A stretch of 64,000 bases of DNA from Entomortierella parvispora E1425 (GCA_020891255.1 BQFW01000011.1:620001-684000); one strand, 5' to 3'. Positions 1-14,019 are shown, counted from the first letter of the stretch. Translations and numbers: made by a program. The notes: generated by a model from the letters alone, not told the origin.

Positions 1-467
1 TTCCTGATCTTGACCACATCATATCCACGAGGAATGGCCTTCATAAATTCTATAGTCTTTGAGATGCACGAGACTGTAAATAATGCACCCACAGCCATGA
101 CGCACGCAGATGCCCACCGGGAACTCGGCCACCGACTGTTGTTTATAATCCGGTTCTGTCGTACTCCCACTGCAGCTAGGACACCTCCCCAGAGGAGAGC
201 CTTGATCGCGGCCCAGAGATGATATTGGTTGTAATGTAGGGCTACTGCCCGTTGGAGGGCTGCACACTCTGGATCAATGTGGACAACGATTGCCTTCCAG
301 TCGTGGCAAGCTCTTCTGAGTTCATATTGATTCATGCAAGACAGAGCAAGAGCAATAGTTTGACGCGAGTCCGCCTGGAGGTGGAGGTGCGAAGGCGTAG
401 ACTGGGTGGCCAGTTGGAGGAGTAGTTTCGAATGGCGTTGTTGCACCTGTTTACAGAGTCGCGCCAT
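1..467 (-). CDS. Partial hypothetical protein with hydrophobic segments, runs off the left edge
   Basis: Manual minus-strand translation from the ATG at 467 is open to position 1 (MARLCKQVQQRHSKLLLQLATQ...HLWAAIKALLWGGVLAAVGVRQ...WASACVMAVGALFTVSCISK...). It is absent from the ORF track because there is no stop in the window. Confidence 0.5.
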   Translation of the reverse strand, partial: MARLCKQVQQRHSKLLLQLATQSTPSHLHLQADSRQTIALALSCMNQYELRRACHDWKAIVVHIDPECAALQRAVALHYNQYHLWAAIKALLWGGVLAAVGVRQNRIINNSRWPSSRWASACVMAVGALFTVSCISKTIEFMKAIPRGYDVVKIR

Positions 468-1331
468 GTCTACGTAGGGCTGTAAGCTGCTCAAAATGAA
501 GACATATTCTGAGTGGAACGTGAAGAAGGAAGGGCGAGAGAGAATGTGCTTGCATGAGTATGTGGTTAAGGTAACACAGCCGGAGTGAAGCAAATAAGCA
601 ATTGAGATGGGTGGGCATTGTGTTGGAAGAATGAGCGATTGGCGCACAGGCAGCATTGTTTACCATCTGGCTCCATTGTCGGGGCCAATGGCGAGGCCCA
701 AGTGTATTGTTCGAGGCTGGAAAGGGATGTTGGGGTGATGTGGGTCATGGGTGATGACTGGGTATAGGTGGACATGGACATGGGGGGTGTGTAGGCAAGA
801 AGGAGCAAAGTGTCTATTCAAATGCATGTCCATGCACCAACGACAGACAGGCAAACGCGACAGACTGAAAATCTTCCTCCAATCGCAAAAGTAATTTGAC
901 GGGCACACGTGATACAAAGTTGCGTTGCGGTGATGTGGTGGCAAAGTCAAGACGACGCTTTCGGTGTCAGTGAAGGCACAGCGGCTGTGTGGGAGATCTT
1001 TTTTTTTTTTCCCTTCCTCCTCTTCTTCTCCCCTTGTCTCCATCTCCTCTTTCTATTTTTCTTCTCTTTGTTTCCGTTGCCGTCTTTTTGTCTCTGTTTG
1101 TCTCGTCGTTTCATTTATTCTCTCAATCCTTCTCACTCTCACCTCGCACTCATTCGCTTCCTTTACACCTTTAATCCCGTCCTTGTTGCTTGCAAAACAA
1201 CAAAAACAAAAACAAAAAAAAAAACGAAAAAAAAATCCTGATCATTACCACCTCGATCAACTCCATTCTACTCAGCGTTACTTTCCCCCGTGTCAAGTCC
1301 TTTGGAAACAAAAAGAAAGCTTTGCCCATAA

Positions 1332-4300
1332 ATGGACCACATCGAAGAGGCTGTTGCTTGTGCACTCAGCCCTAATGCGGATCCTGCTCTGAAGCAGCAG
1401 GTGGGTGTGCATAACTTTGATTCCCTTTTTTTTAAAGAATGATCTTTCACACCTGCTCGTCAATGACGGGTTCATTTCTTTCATACTGCGCCGTGGACGA
1501 GTAGGAGGAGGCGTAGCTTCGACTGTTTTCTGTACATGAGCCGCCCGGTTCTGCAGGCGCGGCACCTCTACAGGGTGCAGTAGAGTTGTGGACAGCGCCA
1601 GTGTAGAGCATATAGGGTCACGGTCAGGATCCGGATCAGGACTTATCCAGGCGAGGATTGGACCAGGATCAGGAGACCATGGCGGCTGTTATAGTCCGGA
1701 CCAGTTCGTGTTTCTCACCCCTCGTCGGACGCGAATCGGTCATGTACATCTCTGGGAGAGACGTTCCTGTGCGACCGTAGTGTCAAGGGGGACAAAGCAG
1801 ATGCAAGAAGCAAACAGCCATCTACCAGCCCTGTTCAAGGATGGGCAGTAGAAAAACCGCCAAACAGATGGGATCGGGAGTAATTAGAGGACCTTTGATG
1901 GACTCAGGAGACCTTGAATCAGCAGGAAGCAATGGCGGTGTCCCTGGCAACAGAAAGTGGGCGATCATGTCCCATCGCCACCATTTTAGTCGGACGAGCT
2001 AGATCCTAACTTTCCGCGCACCCTAATTGCTTTGAACGACGATAGGCTATGCAATACTGCGAGCAAGTCAAGGCGTCGCAGGATGGATGGCAGTCGTGCC
2101 TGACCCTTTACATTCGGGAACCCAAGAGGTAATTCTTCATCCTTCTACATTGTTCTCGCGCGCAGAGTTTGCTTGTCTTTGTTGGTGCTCACTGGGTTGG
2201 GCAACGCGGATGTGCTCTCCTGCGCCAATCACCTCGCGGGCTTTTATCGCTTGCGTCTCCGGTTGTTGTTGCTCGTCTGTCTTTGGAAGGCGGAAATGCA
2301 AAAGGGTCGTGTGGTGCAGCAATTGTGATACTCTGAACGAGATTCGGCAGAACCTAACCCCTTGCATTGTTTGGATACACAGCACTCCAGAAACCCGAAT
2401 GTTCTGTTTGCAAGTCGTCGAAGAAGTTCTTATGACCAGGTAAAGTGTACATCTATAGTCCATGAGAGGATGGAGGGAGGCTGTATCAAAAGGCCCTTCT
2501 AACCCCTAATTTATCTGCACTCTATAGATCTAACACCCTGGACGAATCAAGACTTAACTACTTCCGACAGACATTCATGGACTACATTCAGCGCGAGTTT
2601 GTGAACGGTGGCGTCGATAACACTCTCAGCACTGACCCTTCATGTGAGTGACAAAGCTACCTTATGGAGAGCATCAACCGCGACTATCTACAACAATTCG
2701 ACAGACATTGACTCTTTTTGGGCCCGGTTGTAACCTGTAGATCTCAAGAACAAGTTTGCACATGCCGTCGCTTTGCTCTTTCGCCAAACGTATCTTAAAT
2801 CATGGACTACCTTCTTCTCGGAGATGCTGGCTCTCATAGCACCTTTGCCGCAGTCATCGGGAAAGTCAAACATGAAGATGGTGGATCTGTTCCTTAGGAT
2901 CCTAATGTCCATTGACGAGGAGGTTGTAAATACGCTTACGTCTCGTACCAGTTCCAAGGAAGAAAACACACTCAACATCAACATTGTAAGACGATACTTA
3001 TGGGAGCAGAGGTAACTGGATATCAAACAGACTCAAATCGACTGACTCGCGGACCTTTTGGCCATTCTGAATTTTAGAAAGACCGCATGAGGGAACAAGA
3101 CGTACCTCGCCTCGCAAATGCATGGTATGAGCTCCTTACAGAGTACAAGGAGCGTAGCCTGGACTTTGCAGAGATGCTTCTCCGAATTGTGGGAGTTTAT
3201 GTCGGTATGTTAAATACCCAATTCCTACTTTTTACATGGTACTGGTGTTTATATTCCTTACTAATGCCCGTGTTTCAACTCTATTTCAGCTTGGATCGAT
3301 ATTTCTCTCATTGTCAATGAGCGTTTCGTGTCGGTTATCTATGGCTTTTTGGTGTCCACTTCAATTCGCAACGCTGCAGCAGACTGCTTGACCGACATTG
3401 TGAAGAAGGGTATGAAGCCCTTGGATAAGCTGCAACTTATTAGCATCCTGGGCATCGTCGACGTTCTTCAACAGCTGGATCTTTCTGTATGCTTAACCCT
3501 ACGACTAAATGGTTTCATATTTATGTGGACGCGGATCAAGCTTCTGTACTCACCCACAGCCCTCTTTTATTCCATTACTACCGTAGTCGGATTCTGAATT
3601 CCGTGAAAGAGTCGCTCGTCTCGTCAACAACTTGGGTCTTCAGCTTTGTCAGATCTGGCAGGACACCAACCCTCAGGCAAATTCCAACTACCCACCCACT
3701 GCCAATCCCACCGCTTACACTCATATTTCCCACCTTGTCCCAATCCTCCTTCAGTTTTTGAGGGATGAGGATGACAGTGTGTCCGAGGCTGTGTTCGGTT
3801 TCTTGCGTGAGACCCTCAACATGTTCAAGACTATCAAGAAAGCGACAGGAAGCTTGCCCCAGGAACAAAAGGTGCTTATGCGGCAGATTTTGGAATCCAT
3901 TGTCATGAAGATGAAGTATGGCGAAGACATGGAGTGGGTGTGCGTGGCTATTGCAGGAGGTCAAGAGTCTGTTGGTACTATCGGTGAGGATTCTATTGGC
4001 GACGAGGACATGCTCAACTTCCTGGAGCTGCGCCGGGAACTCAAGCGATTCTACGATCAAATCGCAACCCTTTCTGCCAGTCTGACGACTGCATTCCTGC
4101 ATTCCGCTGTTACTACGACACTCACTACGTATGTCACCGAAAAAGCCTCAGGTGCAACTCTGACATCTGACTGGAGAGACTTGGAGTTGGCGCTGTACCT
4201 GCTTTATCTCTATGGAGAGGCCATCAAAGGAGTTCCTCAATTTGCGATTGTTCCTCCCAGTGTCGGCGCTAACGGAGGAAAGATTGTACACCCCGTCGCT

Positions 4301-6233
4301 CAGCCCGGTGCCCCTCTGACACCCCTCGGCGAGTGTCTCTTTGAGATGGTCAAAAGTGGAGTCTCAAGCTACCCCCACCCATCTGTCTCTGCCAACTTTT
4401 TCGAGATCGCCTGCCGCTATAACAACTTTTTCGATGTGAGGCCTGACTGCATTCCTGATGTCCTGGAGGCTTTTGTGGATGCCCGTGGATTGCATCATCC
4501 CATCGCGGCCAACCGGGCAAGAGCGTGGTACCTGTTCTGGAGGTTCAGCAAGGATCTCAAGTTCAAGTTGACGCCTTACGTGGAAACTGTCCTGAACAGC
4601 GTCCAGGATGTTCTTACAGTGGAGGCGCCTTTGCCTCCGGTGTTGAACTCAGACTTTGATCTGTCGACTTTCAAAGACTCGGCCTTTGAAACCAAGACTT
4701 ACCTCTTTGAGGCCGTAGGTCTTTTGATCTCGCAAGAATCTATACCCGCTCAGCAGCAGTTTGAGTACCTTTCTGTGGTTGTGAACCCCCTCCTGACCGA
4801 GATTCAAAAGAATTTGGAAGCCTGCCAATCGATTCAGCAGAGCTCGAATGGTTGCATCGGAGGAGGTTCAGGAGTAGCAGCAGGATCTCCTCGCCATCGG
4901 GATCTAGAACTTGTCTGGGTTTTGCATCACCGCTTAATGGCGGTCGGAAGTGTCGCCAAAGGATTTCCTGATGTCATGAACATCAAAAAAGCGGCGGCCA
5001 ATGCAGCAGCCAGCGGCGGATCGCCTGTTGTCGGTGGATCGGGTCCCTGCGGACAAATCTTTAAACAGGTAGCCGAAATTACAGTTGTGGCCCTGGAGAC
5101 ACTCTCTCGTTTCGAGGTGATTCGCTCCGCGTCCCGATTTACATTCGGTCGACTCATTAATTGCCTGGGCCAGGACGTGCAGCCATACTTGCCGACACTG
5201 ATCACGGGGCTTCTCCAGGAATGCTCCATCGCCGAATTGGTCGAGTTTTTGCCATTCATGGGACAGGTTGCTCACAAGTTCAAAACGACAATCATGTCGA
5301 TCTTGGATGGATTGTTGTTCCCTCTGGTCCAAAAAGTTTTCTTCTTTTTGAATCAGGTACCCAGTGGCACAGACGAAGCCATGGCTTTGGCAGAACTTCG
5401 CAAGAGCTATTTGGCCTTCTTGATGGGCTTGTTTTCTTCTGAACTGGAGAACGTGCTGATCACGGAAAGTAAGTAATACATGATTAGAAGGGGAGAACGC
5501 CATGAAATCTAGACGACTAACCCTTATTTCCATCCCTTTGTGAACGATCCATAGCCAACAGCCCTCACCTGGATTTGATCATGCAGAGCGTGCTTCACTA
5601 TGCTCAGGATATGTCGGATGTTCCCGTTAGCAGGATGGCATTTGGAATCCTACTCAAGGCTGTCAACTCCTGGGGTGGCCAAGGCGAGTCTTCAGCAGCG
5701 GCCATTCCCTCGTCAACTTCAGCAGCGACAATTGCTAACGGCGGCGGTGGTATCACCAAAAAGACAATTGCATCAAGGATCAACGGCTCTAACGGCGCCA
5801 CAGGACCCAATGGCGAGAAGATGGAGGCGCCAGGATTTTATCAGTTCATGTACGAGCACATCTTGAGGATCACGTTTGAGGTGCCGATGAAGAGTAACTT
5901 TGATCTCGCAGACGGACAGTCAGTTCTTGTCCTAGGCGAGATTGCAGGTTTGCAGAAGGCCATGGCCTTGAAGCAAGGAGAGGCTTTCCTCACGTTTTTG
6001 AGTCAGGTGTACCTGCCTTCGATCCACTGTCCAGCCGAATTGGCGCAGGAGTATGCACAGGCTCTTCAGCAGTTGGAGGCCAAGCAATTTAAGAAATATT
6101 TCCAGGTAAGAAAAAGGAATCAAACGAAGCACAAGAGTGAATCATAAAAGGCCACGGGTGCACTGAACTCATAACGATCGCTTTCTATCCATGCTGTTCT
6201 CCATAGGCATTTATTCAACGCTCGAGATCATGA
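1332..6233 (+). CDS. LOS1: Exportin-T (tRNA nuclear export receptor), multi-exon
   Basis: Exon 1 1332-1400 MDHIEEAVACALSPNADPALKQQ; exon 2 2046-2128 AMQYCEQVKASQDGWQSCL; exon 3 2383-2439 TPETRMFCLQVVEE. Later exons include LKNKFAHAVALLFRQTYLKSWTTFF and the 3632-5476 HEAT-repeat ORF; the last exon is AFIQRSRS* (6207-6233). Matches karyopherin-beta exportin-T N- and C-terminal patterns. Confidence 0.9.
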
Positions 6234-7195
6234 TGATTATAAAGAAGGACATCCTTTTCTTCATATTTCGTATTCTAGCACCACTTCCACCACTACCCTA
6301 AAACAGATTCATCGCACATTTCTCGTTATCTTATCTCTGAAAAAAAACACATGAACATCTTCATATTATCCTACATATAGCACCATGGGTAGTCTAATCG
6401 CCATGAGTAAGCACAACAGTAGTGGCGTCATGCTCTCCATCGATAGAAACAACCCCGCTTGTCCCCAGCGGTGAACTCCGCGCCTGCCTGGGGCATCCGG
6501 GGTCAACGCCCTCTCCTTTTATTTTCCCTGTGGATGGTGATTTTTCTTAAGAGAAAATGTTTTGAGCGCGTGAGCGCGGCGCGCATTTCAGGAACCAACC
6601 CCCGGAAACTTCTCTCATGCGCCAGTTCATGAACATCAGGCTTACCGACGGTGTTTTCATCTCTCTTTTTTCCTCTGTGTCCCCTTCTCCGACTCTTTTC
6701 ATTGCCCCACCATCGCGCAAGGAGGAAAGCGCGGCAGACTTTGCCCGATACCATGCTCATTAGTTCACCAACAGCAATGCATTCAATTTGTACATGTGCA
6801 TACAAATGAAACTGATGCCTAACTGTCAGGACCCTTGTGTTGCTGACGTGTCACGCTGCGTGTAGTAGGAAGGATCTCGGTCGCGAGAATGGCCAGATGG
6901 ATCTTGTTGTCAACGGGAAAAGGGCACATGTGCATCTGCAAGCCGAACTTTTGAGTTCCAGCCCGAAGCTCAAAGAACCTAAAAAAGCTTCGGGAGGCAA
7001 AGAAGCATGGGAGAAACAAGGTATGTCCTTTGCTGTGGTGCATGATAATTGCGCTTTGTGTTAAATATTGAGCCCAGCATCGTCTCGCCAATGCCATAAA
7101 AGCAAAGTGGTCACCAACTCTCTGCCCACCACCTCTTCCTTTCCGCTTCCTTCATCATAACCGTCCAAAAAGAAACAAAAAGACTGAGCCAAACC

Positions 7196-10100
7196 ATGAC
7201 CCGAATGGACGATGATCCGCAGCGTGGTCGAGGAGCCAAGCCCTTTAGGGTCAAGGTGTCATTGACCGGCAGTATCGCCCAAGTCCTGAACGATTACCCA
7301 GATGGAGCGCAGATTGCCCGTGAACTACTCCAAAATAGCGAGGACGCTGGCGCGACTAGGCAGTGGTACCTTCTTGACCACCGTACCCATTCGTCCCAAA
7401 GCGTCTATTGCAAAGGCATGGAACAGTACATGGGGCCCGCACTTCTGGCCGGGAACGATTCATTGTTCAAAGAAAAGGACTTCGATTCGTTGCAGAATTT
7501 TGGCAACAGTGGCAAGAAAACCGACTACGAAAAGATTGGCCAAATGGGCATAGGCTTTAACAGGTAACGTCACGTCAGGAAGAGTATGATGTGCTATTAG
7601 TGGGCGCATCCAGACTGACACTCTTCGTTCACTTTTGGCACCGGGTCTTTTTTATAGCGTTTACCATATGACGGATTGCCCATCGTTCCTGTCTCACGAC
7701 CAACTTGTAATCCTGGAGCCTCATGAGAACATTCTGAGGCATGGCGGAATCCAGGGAGACTTTGTTTTTGAGCGTGAAGGCCTCGACCGGTACGCTGACC
7801 AGATTAATCCCTTTAAAGCAATGGACGACCGCCTTGATCTTTCGAAACCATACAATGGCACAATCTTCAGGCTTCCCTTGCGCACAAAGGTTCAGGCCGC
7901 TACCTCCCAGATATCCAACCGAGCGTACTCTACGCAGCAGGTACAATTAATATCCGAAATTGTTAATCAGGAGAAAGAGTTCTGAAGAGCGACTAATCGT
8001 TGCTCTGCCACCAACAACATAGGCTCGAGATATGTTGATGATGTTGAAGGAAGATGCTCTCGAGTGTCTTCTATTCCTCAAACACATTGAGCAGATCCGA
8101 ATTTATGAAAGAACGGACAGTAGCAAGGAACCGGTCCTTCTATTTGGCATTGAAATCGAAAATGCCGAAGAGATCCGGGAAGAGCGAACGAAGTTCATAG
8201 AACGCCTCAGGAGCTTCTCCAATGACTCCTTCAGCACAAAGTGCTCTGGATCGACTCTTGAATCCTTCATTCGCCCACAGTTCAAGATCAGGGACGAATA
8301 TGGCAAAGAAACAGTTGAAACCTGGCAGGTCACCAGCATGCTTGGGGACATGATAAAGGCACGCCAGCAAATGGAAGAGCAATTTAAATGCGACACCTCT
8401 GGGCACAGATTGATTCCCTGGGTTGGGATCGCATCTCCGGTAGACTCTGCCATCAAGATTAAGGACCCTCGTCTGTTTTGTTTCCTTCCCATCGGACACA
8501 ACGCCCCTTTCCCAGTCCATATCAATGGCCATTTTGCGGTCAAGCCAAGTCGTCGAGAAATCTGGACCAATCAGGGAAACGATATCTCGGAACAAAGCAA
8601 TGCGCGAATCAAGGCTCACTGGAACGAGTATATGATGATGGAGCTTGTTCCTAAAGTGTATGCCCGCTTCTTGGAGAACATGGGACTTGATCATGGCCCC
8701 GATTACAGCTTGTGGCCGGAGCAATCGAATGAGGGAATACCTGCTCTTTTTCATGGGATGCAGACCCGAATGTTGACGGAGGCTATCAAGGAGAAACGAA
8801 AGATATTCTTTATTGGACCCCCATCAAGCAAAAAAGCCGTTGCCTTTGAAAATTGCAATGTTGCCGATCAGATTCTTGGGCAGTCCACATTGCTTGTGGA
8901 TATTCTTCACCAGATGACAGGGGTGGCAATGGGCTTGCCTGACCGCATTCATGCATCTATCAGAACGGTCGCCAACAATATGGGACTGCAAAAGCGACTT
9001 CTCAATCCTGCTCGAGTTAGAAACCTACTATTGCAGTTTGTAGAACTATTCTCGAAGGTGTCATCCTCAGCGGCCAAGTGTCAGACTTTGGAGTACTGCT
9101 CGGGCGATCAAGATATCGAGGCACTTGAAGGACTACCACTCTTGCCTATGGCCGATGGCACCTGGGTCAACTTTAACAAGGAGGCGAGAGACAGTCGGTA
9201 AGTTATGATCTTGGTCATTGCTGAAGGTATATCATTTTCATAGCACCAATTGACACTTACCTTTGTTTCATCCTTGTTTTTCTCAAGCTTCTTGGTCAAC
9301 GACTTGGAGTACGAGATACTTAGCTTCTCAAATGCCGGTATTGTCCGCTTCAACGAACCCAATTTCCCATATTGGATCATTCAGGATCCAAAGTATGGGA
9401 CTTTCCTCACGCAGAAGATGCCTCATTCTGTCTTTGTGCAGAAAATACACCAATCGTTTGCCAACCACTACAACGAGGGAATAAGCGACTTTCCTTCCGA
9501 AAAATGGATTTCGCAGCTTTGGCGCTATCTCAAGACACATCAACATCTGATCTCTCACCTGGAAGGACTGCACCTATTGAGAACCACTGGCAGCAACCTC
9601 GCACCTCTAGACAAAGAAAATCCTGCTTTGGTTTTTAATGGACAGGACTCTCAAACAGCCTCCATTCTTAAGGAAACCTTGGATATCATGGACCATCAAC
9701 TCGTCTGATCTTGTCTCTGTGGCAGGGAAATACCTCGTCAATATCTCAAGTGTATCTGGAGTCCTCTCGATACTTTGCTCAGTATCAGCATCCAAACTTT
9801 CTACTCTGGATCAAAGCCATGGCAAAGTTCTCAGCCAGTACATACAACATCACCTGTCATCAGGACAGCAATTGTCGCAGGACCAGCAGGCTTCTCTTCG
9901 AAAGCTACCAATTTTCTACGGCTACAAAGACTCGGAGCTTAAGTCGTTCGATGCGTTGTCCATGGAGCACGGGTCGGCCTGGTATATTTGCGAAGACTTT
10001 TCGTTCTCAGACCTTCCATGGGTACCATCGGGGATGACTCTCTTCCAGCAGAGTCAGGATCTTGAGATCGTACTGAAAAAGGTCCTTGAAGTCCCAATCT

Positions 10101-13100
10101 TGAAAGAACACATGTATTGGGTCCATTTACTGCCCAATCTACCAAAGATGCCAGAGGCAGAATGGGACAAGATTATTTCCGCCTTTGCCCAGAAGTTCCA
10201 GTCCTATTCGGAGCGTTACTCCTTTAAATCGATTCTCCAAAGTCTAGAATTCGTCACTGTCGGTAGCCCACTTTCAGGAACTCAAACCAAGCGAATTCGA
10301 CCACAACATGCCATCAGCTCAAAACTAGGGAATATATACTTGCAGGAGGAGCTCTACTTTTCTAAAGGAATCTATGCCCAAGACCCAATATCGACAATGC
10401 TGCAGTCGTTGGGGATGACATCCTCTTTTCGCGAGGAACTAGCAAGAGAGCGCATCCTGACTATCGCGGGAATTTGGGAAAACGAAGCACCTTCCTCTAA
10501 TACATCTGTCACTGTTATCGCAGCTGCGCTCTTCAGCCGGGTACAGCGACTATGTTCGGAGCAGACTCTGTCGCAGGATCTTACCAACGTGATACAAAGC
10601 AGCAGGTGGATCCCTGGATCGATATCAACAAACCCTTTCAACTTCAGGTTGTATACGTCCAAGGAGTGTCGACCTTCCGACGACAGAATATTGCTAGGAG
10701 ACACGATGCCTGCTGTAGACATCTGTATTCCAAGTCCAACATTGAGAAGAACATTTGGCTGGGATCAACCACCTCCACTCGATAAGGTCCTCAAGCGTCT
10801 TTTACAGCTGATTGAGCCTGGAAGCGAAAAATCGGAACTCTCGGAGAAATATTTGACAGCAATCTATCTTGAACTTCTTGGCCGCATATACGATCCGGTA
10901 GTGCTTGCAATGATCAAGGAGACGGTTGACCACCAAAAATGGATTCTAGTGAACAGAGAGCTCTATGCCACAGATTGCGTGGCCTTTAGTATGCCATCAT
11001 TCCTGGCACCGGAATCAGTGCAGCTTCCATCAAGCGCATTGGATCCATTATTCAAAGCTCTAGGGGTTGCAGATTCTGTGGAAGTGAGCGATTTGCAGCG
11101 TGCAATCCGTGAGCTAGGTGCACAATATGGAGATGACACACCCTTGCCAGAGCATCATGCCACGCGTGTCATTAAGATCCTGGAACATATTGCTGCCACT
11201 CCGCCTGACTCCGAGGAGATTGGGGATCTCAAAGACCTTCTAATCCTCAACAAGGACTTGAAGCTATGCAGGATCGACGAAATCGTATATGACGATGTGA
11301 ACGAGGGTCAAGGATCTCCAGATATTTGGACTGATTCCCAGGAAGAGACGTACAACAAGGCTAATTCGAGAATCTCTCATCATGTCGCCACGAAACTCAA
11401 TATCACAATGCTCTCGACACTATACTGGCATTCCAAGAAAGACTCGGATATCCAACCGTGGGCACAGCAGGAGGATATCGCGGTTCGAATCAGACACATT
11501 CTCAACGACTATGACCCTTCTACTATTTTCCAAGAGTTCCTTCAGAATGCGGAGGATGCGGGAGCTACCAAGTGCGTTTTTATGCTGGACGATCGCTCAT
11601 ATGAATCACAGAGTATCCTCTGCCCTGAAATGGCGGCATGTCAGGGGCCATCCCTAATAATCTACAACGATGCCGAGTTCACCAAAGACGACTTTCTTGC
11701 GCTTTGCAAGATTGGTGTAGGAAACAAAAGTAAGAAGCGCCTGGTTTAATTGAAATATGCCTCTTCCATAAAGCCCATTTGATTAATTCGAGATTTTTTT
11801 TCTCTATTTCATTAGGCGGGGATTTCTCAAAGATCGGTCGTAATGGTCTCGGTTTCAACTCTGCCTATCACTTCACTGACATCCCGAGCGTGGTTAGTGG
11901 CACCCATATCGGATTCTTTGATCCTCATAGGGCGTATCTTCCAAAATTTCGAACGTCCAAGGGCCTGATGGCTGAGGGGGGCATCCGCATTGACTTCAGG
12001 ATATTCAAAGGGCAAACGTACGCCGACCAGATGGCACCTTACAAGGGCTTGTTCGGCTGCGATATGGAAACTCACTTCAAAGGCACTATTTTCCGGTTCC
12101 CCTTGCGTACTATGGAAATTGTTCCTGCAGAGCTGACGACAGATTCGTTCCAAAAATCGAGCGCCCCGATCGGATTACCGACTTTCATGTCATTCTCGGA
12201 CCTACTGTATTGTCAGCCGTGGAGGGACTTAACATGGACGAAATGCGCCTACTTCCCTGATAATCTAGAGATGCCAAAGGATTTTAGGGAGGCCTATAAA
12301 ATAGGCGGAGGAGCCAATGTTATGGATTGTACCCGTCACCTCCGTAATTTGGTCAAATTAGCCCCGGACTGCAAAACCAAAGACGAAAAGATCACATTTA
12401 CGAGGATGCTCTTCAAAATCTATGCGAAGTTTGAGGAGAGTCAAACTGCGATCCAGAAAACTATAGCGGCGCAGCTTAATACGACTTTAGAAGGTATCGC
12501 CTTCATTCTGAACGGAGCCCATTTGGACCCGGCTGTGAAAGCATCTTGGCGAAAACCTAGTGAGCTGATGCTGGATATCCAATTCGACATGAACGATCAA
12601 CAGCCCGTCCATCCGAGTCTGTTTGCTTTCAAGACTTTTCTCAGGACAATAGGCGTGCAAGAGATCAAGGAGGTCGTAGGAGATTATTCGGTCAAAGTTT
12701 CAAAGGGTCGAGATGTTGGAGGTGCCTTGGAGAGAGCATTGACGGAATCGTTCGAGAAACAGGACTCGGTGACGGGCTTTATGGATGTCAAGTTTACCTT
12801 CTCAGACTTAGGCAGTGGATCCGTGAAATCAGTCCTTGCCCACAAGTTTGTCCTTGCTCACACGAGCGAGCATTTTTTGGACAGATTTACTGGCCTCTGG
12901 GCCAAGTTGACTCCCGATGATCCAGAGGATCCAAGGCTGACAGTTGTGAATATGCCGAAGGTGACCAAGCCCGAGGAGGGACACGATGTTTTTTGGGGAA
13001 TCCTGTATTATCTCTACACGGATAACTTGATTCGGACGAATGGGCCTCCTTCTGCAACAGCATTGCCCGAGAGAGCGAACGAATACAATGACAAGGATGC

Positions 13101-13494
13101 TGCTGAAGACCGGGTCCAGTACCTCGTAGATCTGTTGAAAGCGGCTGCTCACTATCGTCTAAAGCGACTCCAGTCCTTGATTGCCGCTGCTCTCATGCCG
13201 CCCAAGTCTCTCATCACCCTCGTGAACGCCCTTGACATTCGAGCAACTGCTCGGGTGGTTGAACAGAGCGATTTGATTGCGTACTGCACAGATTTTATCC
13301 ACGAGAACCGCGAGACTATTGAGAATTTCGTCCGAGATGGGATCCAGCGCTGCGACGAAGAGATTCAACATATTAAGGGAGGGCAGTGTGACCCAGCCGT
13401 TCTGGAAAGATTGACGGAGTTGGAGAGCGAGCAATTGAACTATTTGGACCATCTCCAAGAGCTTGAAGGCACTGTTTTTCAGGAAGAGAGGTGA
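7196..13494 (+). CDS. Sacsin-like GHKL (HSP90-fold) repeat protein with C-terminal BTB/POZ domain; apparent frameshift at ~9705 and truncated second repeat
   Basis: Two sacsin-type ATPase motifs: ARELLQNSEDAGAT...KIGQMGIGFNSVYH...IFRLPLRT and FQEFLQNAEDAGAT...KIGRNGLGFNSAYH...IFRFPLRT. BTB motif DVKF...VLAHKFVLAHTSEHF. GT-AG introns 7564-7657, 7941-8022, 9198-9287 and 11730-11815 keep frame; the frame change at ~9705 has no usable intron. Confidence 0.8.
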
Positions 13495-14019
13495 AAAATA
13501 AACGAACCATGAATCATTTGTTGAAAGAGAGGAGACACAATACACCCATCGATCGAGAGAGGGAGAGAGGGAGAGAGAGCGTAGAAGAGCAAGGATGGCC
13601 CACCGCAGTGTGCATCGGACACATTTGCGTACAGAAACCGCATTCCCTGACTAGATCATTCAGCGGGTTATTTTTTATTTTTATTAGAACAACGGGATGG
13701 GTATGAATGAACGAAGAAAAAAAAAGAAAGAGAATGAAAGGACGGACATGAACATGAACATGATAAAACAAAAGTGACATCGGCAACTAGGAGAATGAAA
13801 TTCCTGCTGAGCCCCCGCCTCTCTTTTCTTGCCTTTCTTGCCTCTCCATCCTACGGTTGGGAACGATAGCCGGGTCAAGTGGGGTTTAGGAGACCGATCG
13901 TACCGCAGGACATGAAGGAGGGGAGTGGACCCTCTGTTTTTTATTGGTTGCTTGAGAAGGATGCCAAGGATCAGAGAGGAGGCAGGCAAAGGTGCCCACT
14001 TTTTTTGGGGGAGGGAGGT

